From assembly GCF_001194135.2 (NCBI RefSeq), contig NC_068981.1:182920389-182955105 (forward strand): a stretch of 34,717 bases of DNA, written 5' to 3'. This document shows positions 10,568-23,200 of this stretch, piece by piece. Numbering within the stretch: the stretch's first letter is position 1; each line of letters starts with the position of its first letter. The stretch is from Octopus bimaculoides. Taxonomy: Eukaryota. A program made the position numbers and the translations under genes. The notes under the pieces are model-generated. The model ran no database searches. It was given only the letters and a program-made list of their open reading frames with translations, and was not told where the DNA came from.

Positions 10568-11062
10568 TCGGTGTTCTCTGACAGAAATGTTAATTCATAA
10601 GACTTGCTAGATAAGCATCAATGCATGTAACTGAAAGACGATACTAACTATCTCTCATGTTAAAATATCCTAACTTATCTATAACTAGTTTATCTGAAGT
10701 ATAGATTAAAGAACACAGGAGAACACAAAGAAAATATTTTCTTTCATTTTACGAAAAGCATTTCCTGCCGAAAAGATGAAACAATTTCTGAAATGTCCTC
10801 TGGTGACTGAACTGTAACTAGAGTCGGAAGTTAGAGGATTCTATTGGTTGGTTTTCGTCAAATATAGATTATATTGTTTACTGAAGTTAGCTGAGAAACC
10901 GAACACACATTCATTGTACGCCTTAAACTGCACACTATGACGGTCTGGGGATAAATATATTCACGAGGTTTTCATATATATATATACGCAAATGCTGACA
11001 CATATGCTACCTGCCTATAACGTTATACGAAGTGTCTACATACGTATTACATATGTGCGCGT

Positions 11063-11652
<590 letters not shown>

Positions 11653-12893
11653 TGCTTTTAATCTGTCTGCATGTTTGTTACAATCACTTGCCGAGACACA
11701 CCAGCGCCTTAGGGCGAGTGAAAGATAAGTGATGTTACAGTGTGACTGAAAGCTTGGAGAGGAGACGTGGAAGGGACAGTAGTGAAATATCTCCATGTAA
11801 TACAACACCGACACTTAAATTGATAGGACTTTTCTAAGGTTGTGGGCATTACTTCTTAGCACAATCTTCTGGATTTCTCTGAGACAGGGATCTTATCTAG
11901 ATGATTCTGACATTCCTNNNNNNNNNNNNNNNNNNNNNNNNNNNNNNNNNNNNNNNNNNNNNNNNNNNNNNNNNNNNNNNNNNNNNNNNNNNNNNNNNNN
12001 NNNNNNNNNNNNNNNNNNNNNNNNNNNNNNNNNNNNNNNNNNNNNNNNNNNNNNNNNNNNNNNNNNNNNNNNNNNNNNNNNNNNNNNNNNNNNNNNNNNN
12101 NNNNNNNNNNNNNNNNNNNNNNNNNNNNNNNNNNNNNNNNNNNNNNNNNNNNNNNNNNNNNNNNNNNNNNNNNNNNNNNNNNNNNNNNNNNNNNNNNNNN
12201 NNNNNNNNNNNNNNNNNNNNNNNNNNNNNNNNNNNNNNNNNNNNNNNNNNNNNNNNNNNNNNNNNNNNNNNNNNNNNNNNNNNNNNNNNNNNNNNNNNNN
12301 NNNNNNNNNNNNNNNNNNNNNNNNNNNNNNNNNNNNNNNNNNNNNNNNNNNNNNNNNNNNNNNNNNNNNNNNNNNNNNNNNNNNNNNNNNNNNNNNNNNN
12401 NNNNNNNNNNNNNNNNNNNNNNNNNNNNNNNNNNNNNNNNNNNNNNNNNNNNNNNNNNNNNNNNNNNNNNNNNNNNNNNNNNNNNNNNNNNNNNNNNNNN
12501 NNNNNNNNNNNNNNNNNNNNNNNNNNNNNNNNNNNNNNNNNNNNNNNNNNNNNNNNNNNNNNNNNNNNNNNNNNNNNNNNNNNNNNNNNNNNNNNNNNNN
12601 NNNNNNNNNNNNNNNNNNNNNNNNNNNNNNNNNNNNNNNNNNNNNNNNNNNNNNNNNNNNNNNNNNNNNNNNNNNNNNNNNNNNNNNNNNNNNNNNNNNN
12701 NNNNNNNNNNNNNNNNNNNNNNNNNNNNNNNNNNNNNNNNNNNNNNNNNNNNNNNNNNNNNNNNNNNNNNNNNNNNNNNNNNNNNNNNNNNNNNNNNNNN
12801 NNNNNNNNNNNNNNNNNNNNNNNNNNNNNNNNNNNNNNNNNNNNNNNNNNNNNNNNNNTATATATAACCAGGATGTGTTTTGGGAAAGCAACT

Positions 12894-12932
<39 letters not shown>

Positions 12933-13711
12933 GAGTTAATTTGAACTTTCATCAGCCGGAACACTTACGCGATTTGATAGAACCTGCCCAGAATATATGT
13001 GTTCCCTTAGGATCAAATCTAGAATGTATTAAATGCCAAATAGTCCTTTGCAACATCACACATTTCTACACGCTTCCCCCAACATATATGGTTTAGATTT
13101 ATTACAAAACTGCCTTAACAGATAAAGAACTAACTGTAACCAGAACGTTAAATGCAATTTATTTTCCAAAATAATTTAGCTAGTAGCTTGTGCCTTGTAG
13201 CAATGTGGTAAAAACAGTAAGGTAGTGGCTAAAAGAAAAAAAAAACATGTTTGTCGCTTTAGACACTGTTGGTGCCTTCTTGGTAGTTCATTTCTTGCAA
13301 AGTTTCAATGTAAAAGACAGATAAAAGAAACCAAATACTATAAACCATTGACTCTGGCGTTTTATATTTCTGCTAATTCATCATAAATAGTAATCACGTG
13401 TGGCATTAAATAATGCTGAAATGAAAACCTTTTTTCCATCTCAGAACAGAAAAGTCCAGCACAGAGTTGTTTAGACATGTATCAACTAACAGAGTGCGTA
13501 ACGTTGATAACCTCATCACACAATCGCGGCATTTGGTACAAAAGTAAAAAAGAATTAAAATACATTACGATAGTTACACTTCAAATTCTTGAAGTTTTAT
13601 CCAAAAACAATTATATCATTGAACCATCATTATCCATTGGAAATGCAGCGAACCACTGAATGAAATGATGGAGATCTATAACCAACGAAACTACTGTTCC
13701 CAAAATATATA

Positions 13712-13923
13712 CAGGGTGTCGACAAAGTCTGGGTACACAGGGATTAACACATACGTTAAGAAATTATTATTTCTTATATTTAATTGTTTATGTTATGATT
13801 TTATTTACTCCATGCACCCACATGGGGATTAACACATTCTTTAAGAAATTATTATTTCTTATATTTAATTGTTTATATTATGATTTTATTTACTCCATAT
13901 ACCCAGACTTTGTGGACACCCTG
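13712..13923. mobile_element. Tc1/mariner-type MITE, 24-bp TIRs, TA TSD, internal 74-bp tandem duplication
   Basis: TA|CAGGGTGTCGACAAAGTCTGGGTA ... TACCCAGACTTTGTGGACACCCTG|TA (1 mismatch). Core duplicated at 13740-13813 and 13825-13898. Confidence 0.92.
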
Positions 13924-15811
13924 TACATACATACTTATGTATGTATGTGCGTAAATATGTGTTTATGCTTTTATGCATGCATATATGTATGTAAACACAC
14001 ACATACAACTTTAAGATTCCGTATAACTTATGAGCTGTGTATCGAATGAAAGGAGATAAAATCCTTTCTCGAAAAGAACTTAGTTAATATTTGGAAAGAA
14101 AAGAAAGATTTTAATTACAATGCATCATGTGTGAATACATTTAAGAAGCTTTACAGTATCAGCACAAAATTATGCTCATCATGAAATCTCAAGCTTTCAC
14201 TACAATACCAAGATTTATTAATTGAATATTTGTACAAGATACCGATACTCTATAGAAAACCAATCACTTGCATACCGAATATAATAATGGAAGACAAACT
14301 GAGATACTGAACTGGTTTATCGTAACCCGGGTAAATATTATGACAAAGAAAGAAAATATCCACTTGGCAAAAAGCGACCTACTATTTGCTTAAACATTAG
14401 ATATAGGCTTTACATAGGCACCGATTTCATTAAGGCAGTTGCAAGTCCCACAAAATACTTAGAGAAGAGCAGGCAGGTGGAAAGAATTTAAGTGTAGTGT
14501 TGTGTTAAATAATGTCTTTTTAAGTTATTTAGCCGGTTGAATAGGCTTGAACCCATATATCCGGCCCATTGAAACTGCCCCAGCAATGCTGGCTGGGTTA
14601 TGACTACTGCATATGAGATAGAAAGATCTTGAAATATTTGTTGTCCAGAGAGCTGATCTACGTCTGCAGAAGAGACATAAAATTAGTGAACAGAATGTTG
14701 AGAAGTAGGAGAACATTGCCAGTGAAGGTTTTTGCTGGGGCCTGGAACTGGGTAGGGAGTACTGCCTTAAGGCATAGACACACTGGACAGTTGCTCGGGG
14801 ACCTCACGAGCACAGGGTACCCAATTTTGATCTGTGTGTACTGTAGCTTTCTGTCAATAAATATTACAGGGGTCAAAGCATTGACTTGCTCGAGGTTCTG
14901 TAATGCTGCTACGACAACCCTATGAACGGGGTAGGATTTACAAATAAGACAGAAGAGCCCGAGGATTGCTGCTGAAGGAATGTGCCAAGACAACACCACT
15001 CAAAGGTTGCTGCAACCAGGACTCCCGTTGTAGCATCTGCAGCTACAACAAACTATCTATTTACAAGGAAGACGTTCCAAGAGTAGATCCAAGTCTTCAC
15101 GAGACTGGTGGATGTAAAAAAAATAAGAAAAAGCACTACAGAATCCTGATGATAGTAGCTGTAATCAGACTTGATTGTAGATATAGATTTGATTATTCTT
15201 CACACAGAGAGGTGGAATTAGTGAATTTAGTAAAAATAAGTACCTGCTGTCCGTGTTGTTAACACGGGAGAGTCATGCAATGATTTTGTTCACCATCTTT
15301 ACTTTTGTAACTGAAAACGCAACAATTATTTCTGCTGTCATAAAACATTTAGAAAGAATAATCCAAGTCAACATTATATTTGTGCTCCTGTTTATTTTTT
15401 AAAATTAAATGCAATGTCATTGCTTCTACAAACATCCAGTGCTTGTATGAATAAATTATTGGTTACCAATGTAACCGAAATAACCAATAACAAATCTAAC
15501 CAATATAAACTAATAATTGGGTGTAACCAACTTAAACCAATAATTTACTTGTCGAAGATCTCAACATTTATACTGGAAATATCTGCAACGTTAAAATTGT
15601 TGTTATCGAATCAGGCTGAGAAAGATCTAGATTCTAAGCCACAATTTTAGCTGGAAAAGGGAGGGAATTTGATCAAAGGAAATGTTTATACTCGATAGTT
15701 GGATATAAGGAAACTACTTTGAATGGGGAAAAAAATGAATATCAATGGTCTCGGAAAGATTTCCTCTATTCGAAACAATGTGTTATCTATATATATAAAA
15801 ATGAGAATGTG

Positions 15812-15862
<51 letters not shown>

Positions 15863-17039
15863 GTGAATCCCTAAAACTCGAGAACTACGCAACCAATTTC
15901 ATTCAAATTTTACACATGCCTTACTTAGGGTTCCAGTTGTGTTTTAGTAAAAAAAATTATTAACTTCTTGCAGAGTTCGAGCACACGGCAACATAATATC
16001 TCCTCCACTATTTAAGTATTACGTGTCAAAAGTGAAACAAAAACACTCATGTCAAATACTTTCACTTTAAAAATGAAACTATTCCACTANNNNNNNNNNN
16101 NNNNNNNNNNNNNNNNNNNNNNNNNNNNNNNNNNNNNNNNNNNNNNNNNNNNNNNNNNNNNNNNNNNNNNNNNNNNNNNNNNNNNNNNNNNNNNNNNNNN
16201 NNNNNNNNNNNNNNNNNNNNNNNNNNNNNNNNNNNNNNNNNNNNNNNNNNNNNNNNNNNNNNNNNNNNNNNNNNNNNNNNNNNNNNNNNNNNNNNNNNNN
16301 NNNNNNNNNNNNNNNNNNNNNNNNNNNNNNNNNNNNNNNNNNNNNNNNNNNNNNNNNNNNNNNNNNNNNNNNNNNNNNNNNNNNNNNNNNNNNNNNNNNN
16401 NNNNNNNNNNNNNNNNNNNNNNNNNNNNNNNNNNNNNNNNNNNNNNNNNNNNNNNNNNNNNNNNNNNNNNNNNNNNNNNNNNNNNNNNNNNNNNNNNNNN
16501 NNNNNNNNNNNNNNNNNNNNNNNNNNNNNNNNNNNNNNNNNNNNNNNNNNNNNNNNNNNNNNNNNNNNNNNNNNNNNNNNNNNNNNNNNNNNNNNNNNNN
16601 NNNNNNNNNNNNNNNNNNNNNNNNNNNNNNNNNNNNNNNNNNNNNNNNNNNNNNNNNNNNNNNNNNNNNNNNNNNNNNNNNNNNNNNNNNNNNNNNNNNN
16701 NNNNNNNNNNNNNNNNNNNNNNNNNNNNNNNNNNNNNNNNNNNNNNNNNNNNNNNNNNNNNNNNNNNNNNNNNNNNNNNNNNNNNNNNNNNNNNNNNNNN
16801 NNNNNNNNNNNNNNNNNNNNNNNNNNNNNNNNNNNNNNNNNNNNNNNNNNNNNNNNNNNNNNNNNNNNNNNNNNNNNNNNNNNNNNNNNNNNNNNNNNNN
16901 NNNNNNNNNNNNNNNNNNNNNNNNNNNNNNNNNNNNNNNNNNNNNNNNNNNNNNNNNNNNNNNNNNNNNNNNNNNNNNNNNNNNNNNNNNNNNNNNNNNN
17001 NNNNNNNNNNNNNNNNNNNNNNNNNNNNNNNNNNNNNCA

Positions 17040-17190
17040 CTGTCTGTAGCTGGTCTTCTCTTGGAAGAGCCCTGCTTCTCACATGGACAACTGTATGTTG
17101 GCTGCTCAAGAGTGGGCAGCAACAAAAAACCTATTTGTATATGCTCCACAAGGGAAAACAAGGAACATAGTTTACAATGAGGTGTTATAA
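17040..17190 (+). pseudogene. Helitron RepHel Pif1-like helicase, extreme C-terminus
   Basis: LSVAGLLLEEPCFSHGQLYVGCSRVGSNK-(frameshift)-LFVYAPQGKTRNIVYNEVL*, matching the FSHGQLYVA.SRV motif of Pif1/Helitron helicases. Confidence 0.9.
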
Positions 17191-17309
17191 TCACAACAGC
17201 AAGAAAGTATATACATGATCACCTTCTTTTACGAAACTTCATTGACTTTCATATATTTATATTGATATACATATATATACGTGTGTTTGGGTGCGTGTGT
17301 GTATATACA

Positions 17310-17400
17310 TCTCTATATATAAAGACGATGCGTAGTCTAGACGGCGTTTTTAGATTTCATTATTCTCTTTAACCCGGGCAACGCCGGGTATTTCTGCTAG
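17310..17400 (+). mobile_element. 91-bp mini-Helitron or Helitron 3' terminus
   Basis: A|TCTCTATATATAAAG...hairpin...CTAG|T, with both canonical termini and an A/T insertion site. Confidence 0.75.
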
Positions 17401-17445
17401 TAAATATCTAAAAATTGATGAAAGTGTATTATATAAAGCTATTGT

Positions 17446-17518
<73 letters not shown>

Positions 17519-18280
17519 NNNNNNNNNNNNNNNNNNNNNNNNNNNNNNNNNNNNNNNNNNNNNNNNNNNNNNNNNNNNNNNNNNNNNNNNNNNNNNNNAG
17601 AGAGAGAGGGAGAGAGAGAGAGAGGGAGAGAGAGAGAGAGGGAGAGAGAGAGAGATTAAAGAATATTGAGTCAGACGTAAGAAGTATGGTAGCCGGAGCC
17701 TCTTCCTATTGCAAGACAATTCATTTGAGGCACTAGCATTTGAAATGGTTGTTTGGACTGCAGAGCAAATCTATTCTTTTGGTATTATACTCGCGAAGAT
17801 CCTAGTATTAGCTGGAAGCTTTCATAAAAATAATGCTATGGACAGACACTGTTTCAAAGTAAAGTCTAGACAACCTTGGAAAGTCATATAGTATTATGTA
17901 GACAGAATATATTAAACAACAGAAGATAAAACAAATATATGAAATGATCCACAGCGAGATCACCATCTTAGAAATCAAGAGTGAACTCCGTCGGAAGCCG
18001 CTGAAGGAGGGACCTAATTTAAGGAGGAACATCATTTATATCAACAAAACGTTATGCTGGGGATATATTTCGTAGAAACCTGAAATGATGCTAATAAAGA
18101 CCGGGCGTATAATCTCTTTTATATTTGCGCTCATTAATCATGTTCATTAATCGGAAATCGCACTTTGTAATCTACCAGCATCGATTAGCTTTGGAATAAG
18201 TGTTAGAAAAAGTGAAAAAAAGACAATGAAACTGATAAACTACCAAGATGTCTCCGAAACTGACATTTATATAATCATGT

Positions 18281-18412
18281 AAAGGCGGTGTTCTGAGTTC
18301 AAATTCGGCCTAGGTCGACTTTGTTTTTATCCTTTCAGGGTGTCAATGAAATAAGTACCAGTTGAGTAGTGGGCACGATATAATCAATTAACCCCACTCC
18401 CTCAAAATTTCA
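18281..18412 (+). mobile_element. SINE family 1, deleted copy
   Basis: AAGGCGG joined to GTTCTGAGTTCAAATTCGGCCTAGGTCGACTTTG...ATAAGTACCAGTTGAG...CCCTCAAAATTTCAG. Confidence 0.72.
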
Positions 18413-18611
18413 GAAGCAATCTTCTTTCTAATAGAAAGAATATTTATGTAACCATCTCATCATTAGTAATACACATTATGCCAGTCGCTGTCCAACATGT
18501 TATCAAGGAATTGCTTTCCTGTGTGGCATAACCTTGTCACTAAAACAATATGTAATGTTATCCGTATAAAGGATTGCTTCGGGAGAAGTATTTCAAAAAT
18601 GTATTTCATAC

Positions 18612-18820
18612 AGGTTTCAAATTTTGGCGCAAGGCCAGAAATTTCGGGGAAGGGAATAAATCGATTATATCGACCTCAGTGTACGGCTGGTACTTATTCT
18701 ATGGACCCCAAAAGGATGAAAAGCAAAGTCGGTCTCGGCAAAATTTGAACTCAAGACGTTCAGAGACGGACGAAATACCGCCGGACATTTTGGTCGGTGT
18801 GCTAACGATTCTTCCAGCTA
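18612..18820 (-). mobile_element. SINE family 1 reverse copy
   Basis: Reverse-complement core CTGGTACTTATTCTATGGACCCCAAAAGGATGAAAAGCAAAGTCGG..AATTTGAACTC. Confidence 0.8.
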
Positions 18821-18852
18821 GGAAATGTTTTTGATATTTAAAAATGGAATAA

Positions 18853-19063
18853 AAGGTCACCTGGCAGAATTGTTAGCATGCTGACGAAAACTTCAGTGAC
18901 ATTTCGTCCGCCTCTGCGTTCTGAGTTCAAATTCCGCAAAGGTCGACGTTACCTTTCATCCTTTCGTGGTGGATAAAGTAAGTAGCAGTCATGTACTGGG
19001 GATGATGTAATCGACTAGCCCCTCCCCCAAAATTTCAGGCCTTGTGTCTATAGTAGAAAGGAT
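18853..19063 (+). mobile_element. SINE family 1 copy
   Basis: CTGGCAGAATTGTTAGC head, GAGTTCAAATTCC and tail CCCCTCCCCCAAAATTTCAGGCCTTGTGTCTATAGTAGAAAGG. Confidence 0.82.
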
Positions 19064-19083
19064 ATAAAAAAAAACCAGAAATA

Positions 19084-19300
19084 AGGAGGTGAGCTGCCAG
19101 AATCGTTAGGTCGCTGGGCGAAATTCATAGCGGCATTTTGTCCGTCTTTATTTTCTGAATGTAAACTCTGCCGAAGTCGACTTCGCCTTTCATCCTTTCG
19201 GAGTCGATTAAATAAGTACCAGTTGAGCACTGGGGTCAATGTAAATGACTTATCTTCTCCCCAGGAATTACTAGCCATGTGCCAAAATTTGAAACCAATT
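19084..19300 (+). mobile_element. SINE family 1 copy
   Basis: GGAGGTGAGCTGCCAGAATCGTTAG head, core GTCGACTTCGCCTTTCATCCTTTCGGAGTCGATTAAATAAGTACCAG and tail CCAAAATTTGAAACC. Confidence 0.82.
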
Positions 19301-20412
19301 TTTCTTAAAGAAAAGGAATACTGGTGATGTATTCCATTCAACATTTTCACCATGTTTAACTGAATATAGAACAAATAATATTCAGCAAATATGAACATTT
19401 CACAAAGAAAAAATAAAATCAATATGAAAAGCAACGTTGATGGACAGCTGTTTCCAAATCTACAACTTCTCTTCCCAGACTATAAATTTACATTTGTACT
19501 AACAATTGGTGCATATGGTTAAGTAAATATTTATGTAATAATCTCGAGAAAAATTAAGAAATATATAAAGAAATAAATAACGCAATTTTGAGGCAAAGAA
19601 TGAAGCCATCCAATTCAAATTCTGCAAATTCAATCTGTAAACAGAGAAGGGAAAATATATCAGATTTATCAAAACTTCAACTTGTAATTCTTCACTATTA
19701 TTCTTATCCAAATTCAAACGATGTAACTTTCTTAGTTACAATTCAAACTCGTTTTATAAGATTTCATAGAATTACATACATACATGAATGCATACATATA
19801 TACATATAGACATACATGCATGCATGCATATATGAATACACTTATACCGATAATAATTGGCACTTGGTTTTGTGGGTAAATGTCTAAATAACAATCTGGA
19901 AAAGCTGAGGTTTTCAGGAAAAAACGAATACATTTATAAACAAAGACTTTAAGCGGAACAGTAAAAGTATGCAAGACGTTTTCTGAAGTTCAAAATGTTG
20001 CTGGTATCTTTGCTAGAAACCAGCTCTTTCCTTACAGGAAGACTTCAAATAATTTAAAATAGGAGAGAACACACATTCTTACATATAAAGTACAAGATAT
20101 TAACTGGTGTTATTCGGGTGTCGAATATGTAAAAACTTCTTTGTTAAGCTAAATTTACTTCAACATAAAGAAAGTAGTACTTATTGTATGTAAGTAAATT
20201 TGCGAACATATCTTATTGTAATTCAGGTAAATATCTAAGTTTGACTTTTTCCAGGCTTCTATGTTGTGTAAAGGTTTTGAAACAGAGTTCATTGATAATT
20301 TTCGTTTTGTGACAAAATAAAAGAATATCTTTGTTTTACTTCATATTGTTTCTTGTTATTCTTAACTGATGTGCAAAGCACAAAACAGAAGCCATTCAAA
20401 AGGAAATTTATT

Positions 20413-20900
20413 TTATTCAGCAAGAGTTTTGCGATGGACAACATTGTTTTGCTCTGTGGTTTGGTAATACAATGAAGAGACATCTGCTTGGTCCAATAGA
20501 TAATTAACATAGAATTGACGGAAAGAGAAACACAGACTTATCAAACTGACAGCCTTAAGGAATTATCCTTGAGATTTCTTGATAGTCACAGAAAAGGGTT
20601 GCAGTACTGGAAAATGAAGGCACTTGAATTGAAATAATATATCTGATGACATGATGGAAATATGTAGAATGAAAGCATCTTCTTTTCTGGTACAACCTGC
20701 CATAATGGTGACTTCGATCACATGGAGCAGATGAGTTTGAACAGCTAGATTCATATCGCTACAGAGTTTTGTAGTATCCAAATTTCGTAGCAACATTATG
20801 GGTGATTCTTTATTCTGTTGCAGATTGTGAGGTTCGACAACAGAATGATCGGATGGGTTGAAAACCTCTGACGGATAGTTGATACAATCGTTAACATAGA
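20413..20900 (-). pseudogene. Helitron RepHel Pif1-like helicase C-terminal remnant (older, diverged)
   Basis: ORF 20563-20991 contains YPSEVFN..PHNL..ESPIMLLRNL..KLC..VIEVTI..FQFKCLHFPV..FSVTIKKSQG*. Reading through the stop gives FLKAVSL..CFSFRQFYV and then, after a frameshift, NVVHRKTLAE*. This is colinear with the canonical Helitron helicase end. Confidence 0.88.
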
Positions 20901-21015
20901 ATCCCATACGAGCTAACATGCACTTTTTGTATAGTCCTGATAACTGTGGAAAGACGTTGACATAGATGCACAACGTCATTTTTTTGCCCACACAGAGAAC
21001 TTACAAGTGGTTACT

Positions 21016-21064
21016 GGTGCTCCAGCATGACCGCAGCCGCGTGGCTGAAACGAATAAAAGAATA
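21016..21064 (+). mobile_element. SINE family 2 3'-tail fragment
   Basis: GGTGCTCCAGCATGACCGCAG..GCTGAAACGAATAAAAGAATA matches the tail at 3857-3910. Confidence 0.55.
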
Positions 21065-21188
21065 CTAATTTGTAGACAAAACATTCGTTGGAGGTGTGAT
21101 TAAATATTAACATGATACCTGAATATTTTTACGAATATTTATAAACAGTAAAAGAATAAATTTTATATTTCCTAATTTAAATAAAGAG

Positions 21189-21257
<69 letters not shown>

Positions 21258-21633
21258 CATATATAGTCTTACATACATACATTCATACACACACACACAT
21301 GAGAGAGAGAGAGTGGAGGAGAGGAAAAAGGAATCCGGTGTCACATTTTGATACCGTTTCTGTACCTCACGCTAACACTTTTACTCGCCTTCTACTTAAT
21401 TATAACTTTCTGTCTTTCTTCAACTCTGTTTCTGACTCATCTCTGCATTACCCTAAGGATAGCACGGATCTAGGATATTTTGTTGTACATAGATTAATCA
21501 CGATTGTATTTGGTTTTTCCGTGCGAAGTTTGATAAAGATGCGTTGGGAAGTAACGGCATTGTTTCAAGACAAATAGATAAACTTTACTCTCTGTCTCTC
21601 TCTCTCTGTCTCCCCCCTTATATATATCTCCAG

Positions 21634-21664
<31 letters not shown>

Positions 21665-21692
21665 TGTATGTATGTATGCATGTATGTATGTT

Positions 21693-21733
<41 letters not shown>

Positions 21734-22367
21734 ATACATACATACATATATATATANNNNNNNNNNNNNNNNNNNNNNNNNNNNNNNNNNNNNNNNNNNN
21801 NNNNNNNNNNNNNNNNNNNNNNNNNNNNNNNNNNNNNNNNNNNNNNNNNNNNNNNNNNNNNNNNNNNNNNNNNNNNNNNNNNNNNNNNNNNNNNNNNNNN
21901 NNNNNNNNNNNNNNNNNNNNNNNNNNNNNNNNNNNNNNNNNNNNNNNNNNNNNNNNNNNNNNNNNNNNNNNNNNNNNNNNNNNNNNNNNNNNNNNNNNNN
22001 NNNNNNNNNNNNNNNNNNNNNNNNNNNNNNNNNNNNNNNNNNNNNNNNNNNNNNNNNNNNNNNNNNNNNNNNNNNNNNNNNNNNNNNNNNNNNNNNNNNN
22101 NNNNNNNNNNNNNNNNNNNNNNNNNNNNNNNNNNNNNNNNNNNNNNNNNNNNNNNNNNNNNNNNNNNNNNNNNNNNNNNNNNNNNNNNNNNNNNNNNNNN
22201 NNNNNNNNNNNNNNNNNNNNNNNNNNNNNNNNNNNNNNNNNNNNNNNNNNNNNNNNNNNNNNNNNNNNNNNNNNNNNNNNNNNNNNNNNNNNNNNNNNNN
22301 NNNNNNNNNNNNNNNNNNNNNNNNNNNNNNNNNNNNNNNNNNNNNNNNNNNNNNNNNNNNNNNNNNN

Positions 22368-22406
<39 letters not shown>

Positions 22407-23114
22407 ATCTTTTATTTGTCTCAGTAATTCGACTGCGGCCTTGCTGGTGGATCGTCTTTAAAAATTTACTCGAACAAACCGACACTTCTACCTAATTTTT
22501 AATTCTGGTGCCGTATCCTTGTGCTTCCTCGTTGTCGATGGCATTTCAGACATTCCATTTATGACCTCTCAAATGACTATGTGAGTTTTGTTGCGGATCT
22601 GCATGGTTTGAAGCATAGGTGACAGACGAAAGTTGTAACTCACTGATTAAGTCTGCACACGTCACCACTTTTTCATCGTCTCTTTCAGAAGATGGAATGA
22701 CAATTAGGGTCATCATAAAGGGACATCTGTATGTCATTAGATTATAGTGATGACCGCTTGTACTACATCAGTGCTACTCTCACTGAGTCTCTGTAATTAG
22801 TACCTAGTGACAGACGAAGGGAGATGACCAGTTAACCACGTGAAGCTGCAGACCTTACACCAAAGTGTTCTTCTTCTAGAAGGATGCTGTGACAACAGCT
22901 AGAGGTCTCTAACTCCTAGTAGTTTTACGGTGCGCCCTGACACCAGCCAAGGGAATTTCTGCGTCCCCGCACATAGATGGAATGTTATCACATATGCTAG
23001 CTAACGAACAGTTGTGGCACTGACAGATGTTACGATTCCAAGTCAGGATAGACCTGGGAACAATAGTGGTTAAGACGGGGTTCAAAACCTCCAAAACCCT
23101 GTATGTAAGTACAT

Positions 23115-23148
<34 letters not shown>

Positions 23149-23166
23149 TCATAATTTATGCATTCA

Positions 23167-23200
<34 letters not shown>

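Larger units (their letters stand above)
15786..17400 (+). mobile_element. Non-autonomous or deleted Helitron spanning an assembly gap
   Basis: A|TCTATATATATAAAA 5' end followed by (CTGT)n. After the gap comes a RepHel helicase C-terminus, then the hairpin ACCCGG-GCAACG-CCGGGT (17372-17389) 11 nt before the end, ending CTAG|T. Continuity across the gap is inferred. Confidence 0.7.

Noticed and set aside
17900-18075. Open plus-strand frame TEYIKQQKIKQIYEMIHSEITILEIKSELRRKPLKEG...
   Set aside because: It is about 57 codons with no recognisable family or clear splice sites, which is within chance expectation.
20643-20672. CTGATGA...GAAAT hammerhead-like string
   Set aside because: Stem II is only 2 bp, there is no stem I, and it lies antisense within the Helitron helicase remnant, so it is probably chance.
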